Shown one piece after another: positions 24,501-36,512 of a DNA stretch of 64,000 nucleotides. Source of the DNA: Enoplolaimus lenunculus (lineage: Eukaryota); contig JASANG010003711.1 in the NCBI GenBank assembly GCA_030248215.1, forward strand, positions 372,001 to 436,000. The letters are read 5' to 3'. The translations under genes were made by a program, and so were the position numbers. Each line of letters starts with the position of its first letter. Position 1 is the stretch's first letter. Below the pieces are notes generated by a model. That model ran no database searches. It was not told the DNA's origin and worked only from the letters and a program-made list of their open reading frames with translations.

Positions 24501-25356
24501 TCGCCGGGTTGAAATGTTTGCAAGAGATTTTGCTCCAAGTTCTGATGACCGTTCTTCTAAAAGTGTAAGTTAGCTTTGTTATAGCATAGGAGTTTTTACG
24601 TCTGTGTATATTACGCTGGTATTAAGAAATCATGTGTGCTAAACATTGTTTTCAGCAATTTCAGTAGCTCTGATAGGCGCGACTTTTATTTTCAATATTT
24701 ACTGTGAATGCTAACATTCCAGCGTAAGTCAATGTTCTTACTAGGGATATTCCTTGCGGTGCACATTATTTCAGGTTAACTCACAGCTGGCTGATCGAGT
24801 CCCATTATCTCCGTTTCCTACAGCAGGACCTTCGGCGCGTAGCTCCAATATGTCGCCAAGGAAGAAAGTTGCGAATGGGGTTTATGTTTCGCCGTTGAAA
24901 CCAAACTCAGCTGTACTGTCTACGCGACCAATGCAGTACTCGTTCTGTCGAAGTCTATATAGGGTAGTTGTTCCTTTGGCTGTTTTTTTCATAACCGCGT
25001 ATGCAACCGTGTTTAAACAACATCAGTTTTCTTCCAAAGCCGGATAACGTAAAATATAATAGTTACGAACATCAATTTGAGTATGAATTGAATTACTAAC
25101 ATTGCCACGTGCTCCGAATAATGCCGAAAACATTGGTGCGTGCGGAAATACCCAAGCCGCGTAGCGAAAAATACTCGTTGTTTATTCAGAGGCAAGAAAA
25201 TTATCGAAAGAGAACAGTATATACAGAGCTTTGTGTAATTGTTACTTGTAGGATTTGGCAGCAATTAATTCAATGATCAGAGAAAATGCAGTCAAAAGAA
25301 GTGGTCTTTCAAATGCCACAAGATGTTTGCACTACGACGATGATAATTCAACGTAG
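521..25356 (+). CDS. RBL1: Retinoblastoma-like pocket protein of the p107/p130 (RBL1/RBL2) type, 25 coding exons, about 1261 aa
   Basis: Phase-consistent GT-AG exons: 521-760, 4131-4249, 8873-8945, 10367-10530, 11054-11142, 12206-12328, 13851-14079, 14937-15034, 15842-15924, 16175-16392, 16700-16781, 17611-17754, 18031-18113, 18306-18426, 18689-18787, 18950-19019, 19201(or 19291)-19559, 20949-21071, 21356-21532, 21940-22011, 23054-23267, 23720(or 23741)-24159, 24493-24564, 24775-24963, 25252-25356. Motifs: FTLEG..WIVCAVY, FRFCWKWFVYIK, DDLVGSFHLLLCCID, GDVDETIFL, TPLSGRQYL, TPVSNATQS; pocket A SLFSCCLEIVMFSF / FYKVIE / VEEKVIEELAW..DSPLW; spacer cyclin-binding AKRKLDF; pocket B GSVALFFRKVY / DRHLDQIIICSIY / YRNQPQ / VYRSVLL / RGDLIKFYN; C-terminal VYVSPLK / INSMIR. 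RBL1 versus RBL2 orthology cannot be resolved here. Confidence 0.93.
2048..2824. mobile_element. About 775-bp non-autonomous TIR element with GC-rich ends (copy 1)
   Basis: TIR CTGGCTTCTCCAC...GTGGAGAAGCCAG; G/C-run-rich subtermini with an AT-rich core; colinear second copy at 41140-41913; flanked by ATATA on both sides. Confidence 0.85.
2881..3502. mobile_element. MITE-like element with GAGACC/GGTCTC subterminal repeats
   Basis: Starts CAGGGATTGCGGTCTCG and ends CGAGACCGCCCATTCCTG; clustered GAGACC motifs at both ends; related fragments near 6878-6935 and 17246-17275; no clear TSD. Confidence 0.55.
4307..4670. mobile_element. hAT-type MITE (CAGGGTGCAACCGG family, subfamily A)
   Basis: Perfect TIR CAGGGTGCAACCGGAATT / AATTCCGGTTGCACCCTG; perfect 8-bp TSD ATAGCACT (4299-4306 and 4671-4678); subterminal TTCCGG repeats. 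Confidence 0.92.
5190..7024 (+). mobile_element. DINE-1/HINE-like element with expanded central tandem repeat array
   Basis: Repeated ~150-175-bp units (AAGCCTAAATTAGGACT...GGGTTTT...ATAATTTAATAGTTAGCTAATAGCTAATTTGCATATT); GTCC microsatellite core near 6057-6075; 3' end TTCGCTCAA followed by hairpin GTAGTCCCACTAT at about 6990-7020; homologous to 22108-22737; left boundary approximate. Confidence 0.75.
5609..5999. mobile_element. hAT-type MITE (subfamily A) nested in the HINE-like array
   Basis: Same TIR and interior as 4307-4670; TSD CCAACAAC / CCAACAGC. Confidence 0.92.
8299..8695. mobile_element. hAT-type MITE (subfamily A), inverted relative to the other two copies
   Basis: Same TIR; perfect TSD CAGCCCAC (8291-8298 and 8696-8703); near-identical reverse complement of 5609-5999. 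Confidence 0.92.
11518..11753. mobile_element. hAT-type MITE, same TIR family with a different interior
   Basis: CAGGGTGCAACCGG...TTTGCACCCTG; TSD GCCACTGG / GCCACCGG. Confidence 0.8.
12336..12385. repeat. (AT)n microsatellite
   Basis: Interrupted AT dinucleotide run just downstream of the RBL exon 6 donor. Confidence 0.85.
13002..13219. mobile_element. MITE with ~24-bp TIR
   Basis: CAATCTCAGCAAAGGCCCGATCTG ... CAGATCGGGCCTTTGCTGAGACTG; no obvious TSD. Confidence 0.7.
15052..15595. mobile_element. CAGGGTGCAA-family MITE with a 195-bp tandem duplication of its left end
   Basis: CAGGGTGCAAACCGG at 15052 and again at 15247; ends GATTACACCCTG; 15042-15236 and 15237-15433 are almost identical. 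Confidence 0.8.
20062..20617. mobile_element. Degenerate hAT-like MITE with CCGAAT/ATTCGG subterminal repeats
   Basis: CAGGGTGG...CCACCTTG ends; possible TSD TATGAATG / CAAGAATG (6 of 8). Confidence 0.5.
22108..22737 (-). mobile_element. Complete DINE-1/HINE-like (Helentron-associated) non-autonomous element
   Basis: Sub-terminal inverted repeats TTGAGCGAAGC (22134-22144) and GCTTCGCTCAA (22725-22735); stem-loop at 22696-22726; short terminal hairpin GTAGT-GGG-ACTAC (22116-22128); (GACG/GACA)n microsatellite at 22639-22655; central ~165-bp tandem units. Confidence 0.78.
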
Positions 25357-25935
25357 TCATGATTCTTGAGTTCTACATTACGATATACCTACATCCTTAA
25401 GTTTTTTGGAAAGGAAAGCAGCAGTTGCTCAATATTACGCTTGTTATCCTCTTTATGCAATTTCCACAATCATACGCACACCAGGTAACTTTTTGGGGGT
25501 GGGTAATGGACACGAGCTTTTTAGGTTTTGAACATAGTGAAGTAATATTGTGTATGTGCAGTCATATTACGTTGACATGCAGGTGACAAACTTCAGGTTT
25601 GTGTAACTCTCAACACGGTCTCGTTTTTCTGTTTACTGATTGCGTTATAAAGCAGACTGCCGTAAAGCTGATGGCAGAGCCTGTTGGTTGTACTTTTTCC
25701 TTTGCCTATATTGTTCTATTTTTACTGTTTGATTAAATGAGTTTTTAAGAAATCGTGAGCGTTTTGTGCAAGACTAAATTCAGTATAAGTGGTGTTAACG
25801 CAGTTTATAGTTTAATGTCAATTCGCAATCAAAAATCTATGCTTAAACATGACTCACAGTGCTTCTTTTCTGTCTCGTTGCCTTTGTTCACCATTCGCCT
25901 GTTGCTGAAACAGCGGCAATCCATGTTATGAATGG

Positions 25936-25941
25936 AATAAA
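25936..25941 (+). promoter_or_regulatory. Candidate polyadenylation signal of the RBL gene
   Basis: AATAAA about 580 bp after the stop codon and before repeat-rich DNA resumes. Confidence 0.35.
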
Positions 25942-26239
25942 TTAACTGATAAATTACGCTAATAGCTTTTCGACGTTATTTGTAAATTTACTAAAATTTA
26001 GTGTGATACCATTAGTCTAAAGACGCAAATCTGTTTCCGGTACGAGTAGAATTTTGCAGGCTTTTGTATCATTCGGGCAGTAAAATAAATTGTGGTATTC
26101 GTCAAGTTCGGATATCAATTATTTTGGGTTGTATGAAGCATATATAGAAAAATTAAATTTTTTATAAAAAATAATTTGCGGTTTTATAAAGAAGCATTAC
26201 TTTTATACATATTCAAGTGTAGTAATTTTGACATAATTA

Positions 26240-26404
26240 CAAGGGCGTCCCCACGGTGAGGCACTGGAGGGCCGCACCCTCTCACATTTTACTTGTGCCC
26301 CCAAATACACTCTGCCTAAAAGTAAACAATCTTGAATTGCAATTATAGAGGCCCCTAAACATTCAATGTTATCCACCAAATATAATTTTCTGTGGACGCC
26401 CCTG
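26240..26404. mobile_element. Small hAT-type MITE
   Basis: CAAGGGCGTCC...GGACGCCCCTG; TSD CATAATTA / CATAATTG. Confidence 0.75.
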
Positions 26405-28332
26405 CATAATTGTGACATTTTGCTGCGGAAGCATTTACCGGCAGCCGCAGAATTTCTTACATCTGTTACGAATATTTCAATTTTGCTGGAGAATATGTTA
26501 TTTTGCTATAGTACTTTTCCTTTCTAGTATTAAAAAGGGTTTTGTGTAGTCTTTTTATAAACGAGCAATGCTAACTTAAAAATGACGTTGCATAATTTTG
26601 TTTTCATATATGCATGAACCGCCTACAGGGAGTAACCGGATGTAATATTTCGGTAAAAATCTTGTCAATTTCCGTTCATATTGAAGACGGAAATTCTGGT
26701 ATTTTGCTAAAAATTAAGGAAACCGAAATGCACATCGTTTTATACCCTACTGTGGTGTGTCAACTCTTCTTGTATAATTCAAGTCGTCAACTGGTTCGGT
26801 TATAATACTATAAGAGCCGTTTATCGTAGTTCCGCAACTTGGCCAATGTGCCTCAGGTCAGTGGTGGAACGTTTTTCTCTTCGCCCGTACCTTCGGCAAA
26901 TTCTATTGTCCTTGGGTTCTGGTAATTTTTAACCTCCGGTATATGGTTATTTTTGGAGACTCTTCGACATTTTTTTCGCAAAAGTATACCAAAAGTTAAA
27001 GCAAAATCCGGTAAACGATACAATTTTCCTAAAAAAAACTACGAAAAATTTAGCTGCCGAAAATACCCAAAAATTCTACTGGAGCCAGACAGTCTTCTTT
27101 TGATTGGTACCAGACCTCCGTTTTTTGTATACCTGTAACAGGGGCACTGTTTAGTTTTATCGCAAGGGGGGTGGCAGCTCCCTCTGAACCACAGTAAAAC
27201 ATGTGAAGAAGCTTTTCCTTGTGACCCCAGCTGTCCCTCTCTCATAAATGCCCTGTTATCCAAACTGTCCCGCTGTCTCATCTGCTTTCCAACTGTCTCG
27301 CTGTCCCAACTGTCTCGCTATCCCAACTGTCCCGCTCTCCCGACTGTCCTGCTGTTCCACAGTTTCAACTGTCCCAACTGTAGCGTTGTGTACCGGCCAG
27401 GAACTGGCTGGCCGGTCAGAATCGTGTTTAGATTTTGATTCTAAAACTTTTAGCTGAATTCTGAAATGTGCCTACTTACTCATTTACGGTCAATATTAAG
27501 ATTGAATCACTATTTCACACAACTTTGGTTGCACTTGTATTCTAGACAGCTCACGGTGGGATAAAGCGCTTCATATGATCTGTGTTCCACTGCCTTTTAC
27601 AAAAATATACCTATATAGTGAAACCATTCACCGCAGAAGGATATAAATATTTTTTGACAATAATAAAGGGAATAACAATGTAAATTGGATTAAGTGGTCT
27701 CAGATTTTCTCACCGATTAATGAGGATTTTGAAAAGTAAAAAGTTTAAAGTTTAGATTCAGCATAATGAAGTTAGTTTGTTTGTTTTGTTTGTATGCGAT
27801 ACCTACGAGTTGTACCTACAGTTTTAGAATGGGTAAAGGAGTCATTGCCGCAAAATGTCAGAAACCGGAGGTTAAAATACGGAACCGGAGCCAGATGTCA
27901 ACAAACTTCGCGGGAACTGGAGGTGAGGCGAAATTAGGTAGGTAGCTGAAATGTATAATTTGCTAATTTTTGCAAATATTGTAAGGTGTTGTTAAATATA
28001 TTGGCTTTTTTCATCAAAATTGTATCTGAAGTTAAAAGAAAACTCACCAAACAAACTTTGTAAAAATATGCAAAATTTCACTGCCGAAATCACCGGAACC
28101 TCAGGCAGAAATTCTGCCGAAGCCGGAGCCAGACTTGTTAACGTATATTTCATGAGGTCATTTACTGTTTAATTACTGATTCTAAACTGATTGGTATATC
28201 TTAGAAACGTAACGATATACACCGTAACAATGCTAGATAATTTTAAAAATTTGTATATTGGCCGGCCGGTCAAAGGTTTTATTGGCCGCGGCCGGCCAGC
28301 CAGTACAAAAAGTGGTTACTTACATTACCCAA

Positions 28333-28656
28333 CAGGGCGCAACCGGAGATGAGAAATATCGAAGCCAGAGGTCAACGAAACTTGCCGAAGCCGGAGGTGA
28401 GGCCAAATTAGGTTGTAAAAATGATGGTTAATTATGTAGTTAATTTTAGCCAATATATGAAATATGTTCTTAAGTCGTTTGATTTTACGCTAATTTTCTG
28501 CGAATTTTCGGAAATTCTTTCCTGAAAATTGTGACAAATGTGAAACGAAACGCGCTAAACAGATAAATTTTGCAAAATTATGCGAAATTTTACTACCGAA
28601 ATTGCTGGAACCTCCGGCAAAAGTTCTACTGGATCCATACCTCCGGTTGTACTCTG
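28333..28656. mobile_element. CAGGGTGCAACCGG-family MITE (subfamily with CCGGAG motifs)
   Basis: CAGGGCGCAACCGGAG...CTCCGGTTGTACTCTG; TSD TTACCCAA / CTACCCAA; interior homologous to 48530-48829. Confidence 0.8.
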
Positions 28657-30623
28657 CTACCCAACTGTCTCGCTGTCCCAACTGTGCCTTGCTGTCCAAC
28701 TTTCCCACTGTTCCAACTGTCCCGCTGTCCCAATTGTTCCCACTATCCCAATTATATTTGTTGCGTGTACTCCTGGTATATTGCTGTACGGCAATGTAAC
28801 ATTGGACCGAAATTTTAACAAAAAGTTGGCATATTATTCTAACTTATTTTTCTAAAATAGTATGAGCGTTTATTGCCAAAATTTTAATTTGCGTCGTTTC
28901 TCCATATTTTTTTGGGCCCTTGTTACTTTTAGGGGCGTAACAGTAGATTTAGCGTATCCCTAAGCTTAAGCTTAAGCGTTGCACAAGTGTTCCTAAGCAG
29001 AAACCTGGACACCTCTAAAAGTATTATGGGCCATTTGTACGTTTCCAGCTACTGCATTTGATTTAGGATTTTGGCATTCTAAATATGTTTACATCATAAA
29101 AATCGATAAAATGGCGTTAAAAATGGATTTTTCGGGAACAATTCCGGTTCTGGTATTTGTTAGCTTTCCAGTTCCGGTATTTTGTAATTCCGGTCGCACA
29201 CTGCATAGAAGTTAACTTAAATCCGGCTTTGCAGGACTTGACTACGCCACTGTTTTGTTTGCCGAAAATCACGAGACAGATTATGGTGCACTCCAATCAG
29301 CAATAATATACAGAATCCCAATAATGAAATTTTCTATTTTATGCGTCATCATATTAATTCGCGCCCGGCTTGTGGAAATCGAAAACGCCTTTTTCTAACT
29401 TGAGTTTGGAAAAAGGGTAGCAGAAGGAAATTAAAAACACGAATTTTGATCAATAGGTAAATTGAAACATTTTATAAAACGTATTAGGAATTGGACTAGC
29501 ACTTTTGGAGTTTGATTTCCCACTTACGAAAATAAAAACCACCGCAATGGGAAATTGAAACTGTTTTTAAACTCAAGTGGAAATTTGATAAGCAATTTTA
29601 GGATAGTGAAAAGGAAATTGAAAAGTGGTGTTTTACCGCAGTGGGAAATTGAAGACCAAAAATCTGTTTCAATTTCCTCCTTGATGCATTTAAATTGTAT
29701 GGCAGTGGGAATTTGAAATTTTAGGAAACCGGGAACACTACTTGGGAGGTCTTGAAAGGTCAAATTGAGGTCAACAAGTAAAATACATTTAAACACGTCA
29801 AGTCAACGTGTTTACGCGTATCTTATTTGTGTTAGTTCCAGAGAACGTCAAGCTCATCGCCTCTCCTCAGGCTTCACCTCATGTTGCGGCAAGATTTGTT
29901 GCCCTCCGGCTCCGATATTTTTCACCTACGGTGCAACCTATTCCATTGAACGTGATTGTTTATGTAAACTGTTATGTGAGTGCTTTATATGAAGTATGTG
30001 GCACATTTATTAAACTGACACCGTGTACAATTTTTGACGTTTACTTTAAACGGTTCTGGTGCGACTATCTTACTTCGAACAGAATATGTCCTTAAATGCA
30101 TAGACATTCAAATCTCGGAAGTTAGAGTTCTAAAGTTTAAGTTCAGCTGCAGTTGTGCATTGCGTCGGTAAACCGATGACCAAAGCGAGATAAATTGTTA
30201 AAATGCATTGTCAGGTTGTGCAATTACGATTGCGTTTGAAAACATTGGTATACCCAGAATCGTGGGCAATGCTTTATTACATTACCGAATGGGCCCATGT
30301 TACGTTTAGGGGCGTACAGGTTTCTGGCGGGTCTGTAAATGAATAGGATTAGATTCTAGATTATAATTTTTTGCTTAGGCTTAAGCTTAGGCGTAGGCTT
30401 AAGAACACACTTGCAAGGCTTAGGAATACGTCCCTGTACTTTACATCGACCACACCCTGCATGCCTTTAAAGAACAGATCGGCACCACCTTGTAAACAAC
30501 CTACCACAGCTTCCTTTTAATCAGAAAAGGTCATTCCTATATAGCTCCTTTAATTTGTTGCAACTTACTTTAATGTCAACTGCAATAAATCGTTGGTAGT
30601 TCAATACATTTATAATATACTAC

Positions 30624-30728
30624 GGCCCATTTACAGATCATAGAGGCGGAGCGTTTTTACGCGGAACTGCAAAATAGGCCTATCCTTACGCTTAGGCTTA
30701 GGAATATGCTTATACTACTGTTATGGCC
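30624..30728. repeat. Short dispersed repeat carrying TTAGGC/TTACGC hexamers
   Basis: GGCCCATTTACA...GGCGGAGCGTTTTTACGCGGAACTGCAA...CTTAGGCTTAGGAATATGCTTATACTACTGTTATGGCC; homologous segments near 28931, 30370, 36760-36910, 53680-53765 and 56700-56880. Confidence 0.65.
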
Positions 30729-31565
30729 CTATTCTTTACACTGACCTATTCTACTCAGACTACTTAATTAAGAAACCTACATATAATACAGATGTGCTGC
30801 AATTGTTCGAACTGAAACAAAAATTACGAAATTCATCCATCTTAAATATTTCGGTGTATCCGCCATTTTTTCTTCATATTAGAAAGCCCGGTGAATATAT
30901 GCACGTAAACTTATTTCAAAATCTAAGCGTAAGCAAAAAAGTCTACAGCTTGAGCGGAACTCCCACGAAAATGCTCAGGCTCTCGTCTATACTTCTGCCA
31001 AAATAATGAAACTGTTAACTGTAGTATGCGCAGTACAAATTGTCTAAGACGTGCAAAAACCCTCGAACTCAAACGCAATTGATCGGGGACGATAAACATC
31101 TCCTAGCCCTAAAAACCATTGAAACGACACTACTAAAATGCACCCAAACATTTACCATTACAATATGCTTAGAAACCAGTAAACAGTAATAATTTAATAA
31201 CTGATCTTTTCAATATTCGCAGCCGAGCTGTGACATCTCCCAAATCAATATACCAGGTTCAACTCCGCACATGAAAAGAGATTTCAAGTTGAAACTGCAT
31301 AAGTTCAATGTATAAAGGACTAAAATGGCATGTTACACATTGAAATCCAAATTTACCACTGCCAAGTACCAATAATTTGCTGTAAGCGTAATAAAACAAC
31401 ATGCTCAAAATGAATTCAAATTTCACTACTTTCAATAAATTTTTTGAAACTAACAAGCATCATTCGAATATTAAACTGAACTTTTGCATTAAATATTCAG
31501 AAACAAATAGTTTGACTAACGAAAAATCAGTATGTAGTAATCATGTAATCTGGAATTGCCAATTT

Positions 31566-34500
31566 TTAATTTTGTTCAGGCATTTCGTTATTTTCGTACT
31601 TCAACTTTTTTGACGCACCTTTGCGTGAATGAGAAGACGATCTACTGCGTCGTTTGTCTTTTTTTCGCTTCTTGCTACTTTCTTTAACGGATACATCTCG
31701 CTTCTTGTGTTTGTTGCGCGATCTGTGTTTGTGTTTAGAGTCTCGCTTCCTGAGTTTCTTCAGCTTTCTTTCAGCTTCATCACTGTGTACGGATACCGAA
31801 TTTTTGGATTTTGCAGACTCATTGTCGCTGTTCTGGTCTCCGAGCGCTTCTGGCTTTGCAACACATCGCTCTGTTTTGGCCGCTGAATCTGTGACGCTGT
31901 CAGTTAAATGATCTTTAGTACTCTCTGATCCTGATTGTTCTGGCGAAGTGGTATTCTCATTCGCGTCCCCATAATCTGCTGATACCACTTGAACTCGTGT
32001 TGTAGTTCCATCCTTATCTGACTGTTTTATTGCTTGATTCTTCTCAGATTCGACGCATTCTTGCGTAGAGTTATCCATTTTTGAAAACAAGCTACTTTCT
32101 TTGACTTTTACGTTACCGCGCCGGCTGCTACTACTAATTGGCTTCAACAAGTTAGCGTTGTCCACATAGCGACTGCAAGCACGTTCGTGGTCTTCCAGAC
32201 AGCCCCTCGCGGTTCGCTCCGATTCTCCATGATCATCGATTTGCTTTTGAACAACTCTCATTTTTTCTTTATCATCATCTTTAGCACTGCATGAATGTTG
32301 ATCTGGGTTAAGTTCGCTTTCTTCACACTTGTCTATATTATGTTCTTCTTGTTTCTGTTCAGTCGAACCTGGATTCTCAACCTTGAATCCACCACTATTT
32401 TCAGAAGATGGCGATGACGACGATGATGATGATGAACGACTTCTTTTTCTTTTGTCACTATCTTCTCCTAATCCATTGTTCCGCTTTTCTCTAACGGATG
32501 TTTTCTTTATGTCAGAGCCGTTCACAGCCTCTTTGGTACCAGTGTCGGTATCGTTAGTTTTCACTGATCTTTCCGCACAATCTTTAGCTTCTCTTCCATA
32601 GTCATCTTCTTTGCCGACTTTTTGTTTCTTGGAATGTTGCCGTGTCGATTTGACATCTGAAACACTGAAACTTTTCACAAAACATATCAGAAACAATATT
32701 TTATATTTTTGATTTTTGACCCAAAACTGCGAGCCTGCTAATACATTGCTTCCGTGCGTCAAACCTAAAGCTGATATAAACTGTTAAACCAGCAATACTC
32801 TGTGTTTAACGAAACACGCCGTCAAATTTATAAATTCGTAGTATGATAACTAAAATTTGTGACAGTAAAACTAGGAGTATAATACGTAGTTTTTAACATA
32901 ACAGACAAATTCATTGTGTTACTACTGCAACAGATAATTGAAATAAAAAGCAACAACACTGCAACAATATCAGAAATTAATGCTGCACATCATACGTATT
33001 ATCGGATACACAAAGGCAACTATTATACACAGCATTATGCGAACATAGTTCATTCTACCTAGGTAACGTACCTGACTCTTTGCTACGTTGGCTGTCACTC
33101 CTGGTATGCTGCGGACTCCGACTTCGACTTCTTCTTTTCTGATCTGAATGGTGTTGCTGATCGCGCTTCGACGACGTTTGGTCGACGTCTCGGTGCCGAT
33201 TGTCGTCACGATGTCGGTCATCGTTGCGGTGACGATCGCTACGATGATCATGACGTCGCGATCGATCATAGTAATCTTTGTCGCCGCGATCATCGCGATT
33301 GTGACGCCCGTTTTCGTTACGACGGTCGCGATCTCGATAGCGATAATCGCTGTTGGTACGACCGCGGCCGTAACCGCCGCGATGCCGATCACGGTCACGT
33401 TCATGGCGATCACGATTGCTGCTGTTGCGATGATCGCGATCAGAATCACGACGATCACCGCCGTCTCGAACGCGATCATGCCGATCTCGATCTTGATCTT
33501 CTCTTCGTTTGTCGCGAGCTCTATCTTTGTCTCTGTTATCGCGGTGTCGATGGTCACATGCAGAACCACTACCACCACCGTCAATGACGTTGTCTGGTTT
33601 TGCTTCAGAGCGAGTCTTTTCTCGACCTGATCGCGACCGCGAACGGCGGGAGGAATTTCGGCGATCATCGTCGCGATTACTGGTATATCGAGAGGTCTGC
33701 TGGTACCCGCGACTGCTATTACGAGAATCCTTGTCGACGTGGCTATCGTTTGCTCCTCTACTGCGGCTTCTTGCATGCTGCGAAGTTTCAACACGTTTTT
33801 GTTCCTGACCTCCGTGGCTACTGTTTCCGGCGGAATCTTGTGGAAGATTTTTGCCGAATATTTGCTGTTGCATGAGTTGATGCTCTTGTTGCTGTTGCAA
33901 TTGTAACTTGTTGCGTTCGCACAAATTCGCTTCGATTTGTTTTTGTATTGGAACCGGAATTCGGGGAAACAATGTTGTATACCAATCGAGCTTTGTCATA
34001 AACAACTTAAGCATTTGCCCAATTGTCATCTTGTCACCACCGCCTGCTTTCGGATCAATCTGATGGACAGCAAAAACAGTCAAAATTAGTCTACAAAACT
34101 GATACCTACTACCTAGTTCATTTGCTACAATTTTTTTCAGAAAAAACCATATACTTACATACGTACGTAATACATATTTGCTTACCCTCAATAAATTATC
34201 ACCATGACTTAATTTTTGCCCTTATTAGTTACATTTAGATGAAAGTTTGTGTATTTTTAGCGTATCAGCAATTTATGGCTGTTCACGAGCAGAGTGGAAA
34301 GCGGAATTGGATTATACCGGAATCAGCACTACAAATTTCATGACTGTTGATTTAGAGTATCCGTTGGTTAGCAACAAAGTATTATATTAAGATTAAAATT
34401 TGACAATACAGATTCCGACTGATTCTGCAATCAGAATCAGAATTCCGATTGCACCCTGTTCAAAAGTGGCTGATTTCGTAATTCGCTCTTATTTTACTCT

Positions 34501-35515
34501 CGATGACGTATGCAAAACATACATGATGGGAAAAAGCACAAAAAAGACTCAATAAAGCGATGGACGTGAACCTACCGGCATTACGTACCTCTTCGGTATC
34601 GTCTAAATACTCTGCGAACATATCCCAAAACTGGTTTGGATGCATTGCGTACCGAACGTACATAAAACCAAGAGCACGAATGTACACCGAGTCAGTGTGA
34701 TTGATCAGTTGATACAATTGCTTGCGGTTCAACTTGAGTGTGAACATCTTGTATAAGCAGCAATACGCCGTCGAAACAATGCCACCCATGCTTACACCGC
34801 GCACTTCCATTGCTCTCGAACCACCAGCGCCGATCATTTTACGAGATCCTTTTTCCCACGGTTCCAAATGTGTGACGTTATAGTAAATTTCGTCAACAAC
34901 CTAAATTTTAAACTTTATGTTTATTCTCGCGAAATATACATCTGAATACACGCTACAAAATTTTACCATTCACATTTTTTGTATAGATGTTAAAATCCAA
35001 ATCTCAACTACAAAGGTACACAATATGCACACATCTTGTTCCTATTGCGTATGTGCAGTTCTTATTTCTTGATATGGAATCATAGATGTTTTTCTCATAA
35101 CCAAAGTTTGTGTTCTAGATTTACTTTAGTTAACATTGCGCAAAGCTATGTAATACACTCAACAAAAAGAAAACTTTGCCCGTGGAGCCTAGATCAGAAG
35201 CATAAATTTTACCTCATTAAACGACTTTAAACTAAACAGATTATTTTTGAAATATGGCGACGATTTTATGTTGTCCAAAATTAGCGAATTCAAATTCATT
35301 GTGTCTTTATTCCCATGCAGTTGTAAATGGTTCGACTGTTTAGAGTCACGTTTGTTCCAGTTCGGTCCACCTAACATCTCTTGAGCAGATTCAGGAAACT
35401 GGGCAGCTGATGCAGTATCTGGATCAGTTGTTTCGTCGCCAACTGTAGCGGTGGCGACAGCAGGCTGTTGCCCAAACTGCTCCACCCCGCCAAATGCTGG
35501 CATACTAAGGTCCAT
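31566..35515 (-). CDS. PRPF38B: Pre-mRNA-splicing factor 38B-like, 4 exons, about 897 aa if the last exon is used
   Basis: Exons 35515-35213, 34900-34589, 34059-33072, 32656-31566, phase-consistent GT-AG. PRP38 domain motifs GNKDTMNLNSLILDNIKSSPYFK, VVDEIYYNVTHLEPWEKGSRK, VRGVSMGGIVSTAYCCLYKMFTLKL, DSVYIRALGFMYVRY, LDWYTTLFPRIPVPIQK, followed by RS/RD-rich and K/S-rich tails. The last exon is less certain. Confidence 0.92.
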
Positions 35516-36089
35516 TTTACTTTAATGCACGAAAATAACCACACTAAATTAGTAGCTAAAAAGACCATTCCATTCGATTAACGTACGTGACTTGTCGTAT
35601 AAAAATTTGCAAGCTTTTGAAGGAACAGAAAAAACTATGAATTTACACGTTCATGAACTAAACCATAAAATTAAATACATGTTGTCGCAATATGAGCAAC
35701 AAAATCATGAGAACAATGCTCTGCAAGACTACTACCCTGCTTTTAAAGTGGGCCGCGGCAATCCGACCCACGTGCGAATGTAAAACCGTATATTGAAAAA
35801 CACGCTCGGAAAACTAGAAAACAAAACACAAAAAGTATCTTTACGGATCTATGCTGAGGCTAATAAGATGATGCATACTTTGAACCACAATGTCAAAAAC
35901 GTGATTGGCTAAATTTAACTAATTAACCATCAAATTTTTTGTGCAATGCGCTTATCTGTATTCTATTAAGCTACTCATTGAAAACAGAAAACTCCAACTA
36001 CGGAGTAAAATGTTTACTATTCACAATATAAATCAAAAACAATTTAAAATTTTTTATCCCATTTCGTTCGAACAATCACAGCATGTCTA

Positions 36090-36512
36090 CTGTAGTGACC
36101 CGAATAAGGGGAGAGGACTGATATTTATTTGATCTCTCCAGAGGGTACCCCCTGTTATTCGGTTACGGACTGTTATTTATTTTCATCCCGCCCTTCGCCA
36201 CCCTTCGTTTCTGATATATCCGGTATTGCAACTATCCATTGAATTAAATGTTGTTTGTCTTGTGTCAACGGCTTGAGCGATACTACAAGGTTATACTTAG
36301 GAATGTATATTCAAAATTTAAGTACGCTTTAAAGTTTCAAACTCAAATTATTTGGTCCTGGAGTCATTTATACGCTACAATCAGGGATAATTAACATTTA
36401 TGGACTCTAATTAAGGTTTAGGGACTCTATCCGCTTACGGACTCCTATTAGGGATACGGACTCTTATTGACTGGGACTCAAAAAAGGACCCCTCTTATTC
36501 GGGTCAATACAG
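36090..36512. mobile_element. TA-flanked MITE (Tc1/mariner/pogo-like)
   Basis: TA|CTGTAGTGACCCGAATAAGGGG ... CCCCTCTTATTCGGGTCAATACAG|TA. Confidence 0.8.

Noticed and set aside
32970..33875. Hydrophobic alternative-frame and antisense ORFs over PRPF38B
   Set aside because: These are the expected shadows of R/D/S low-complexity codons.
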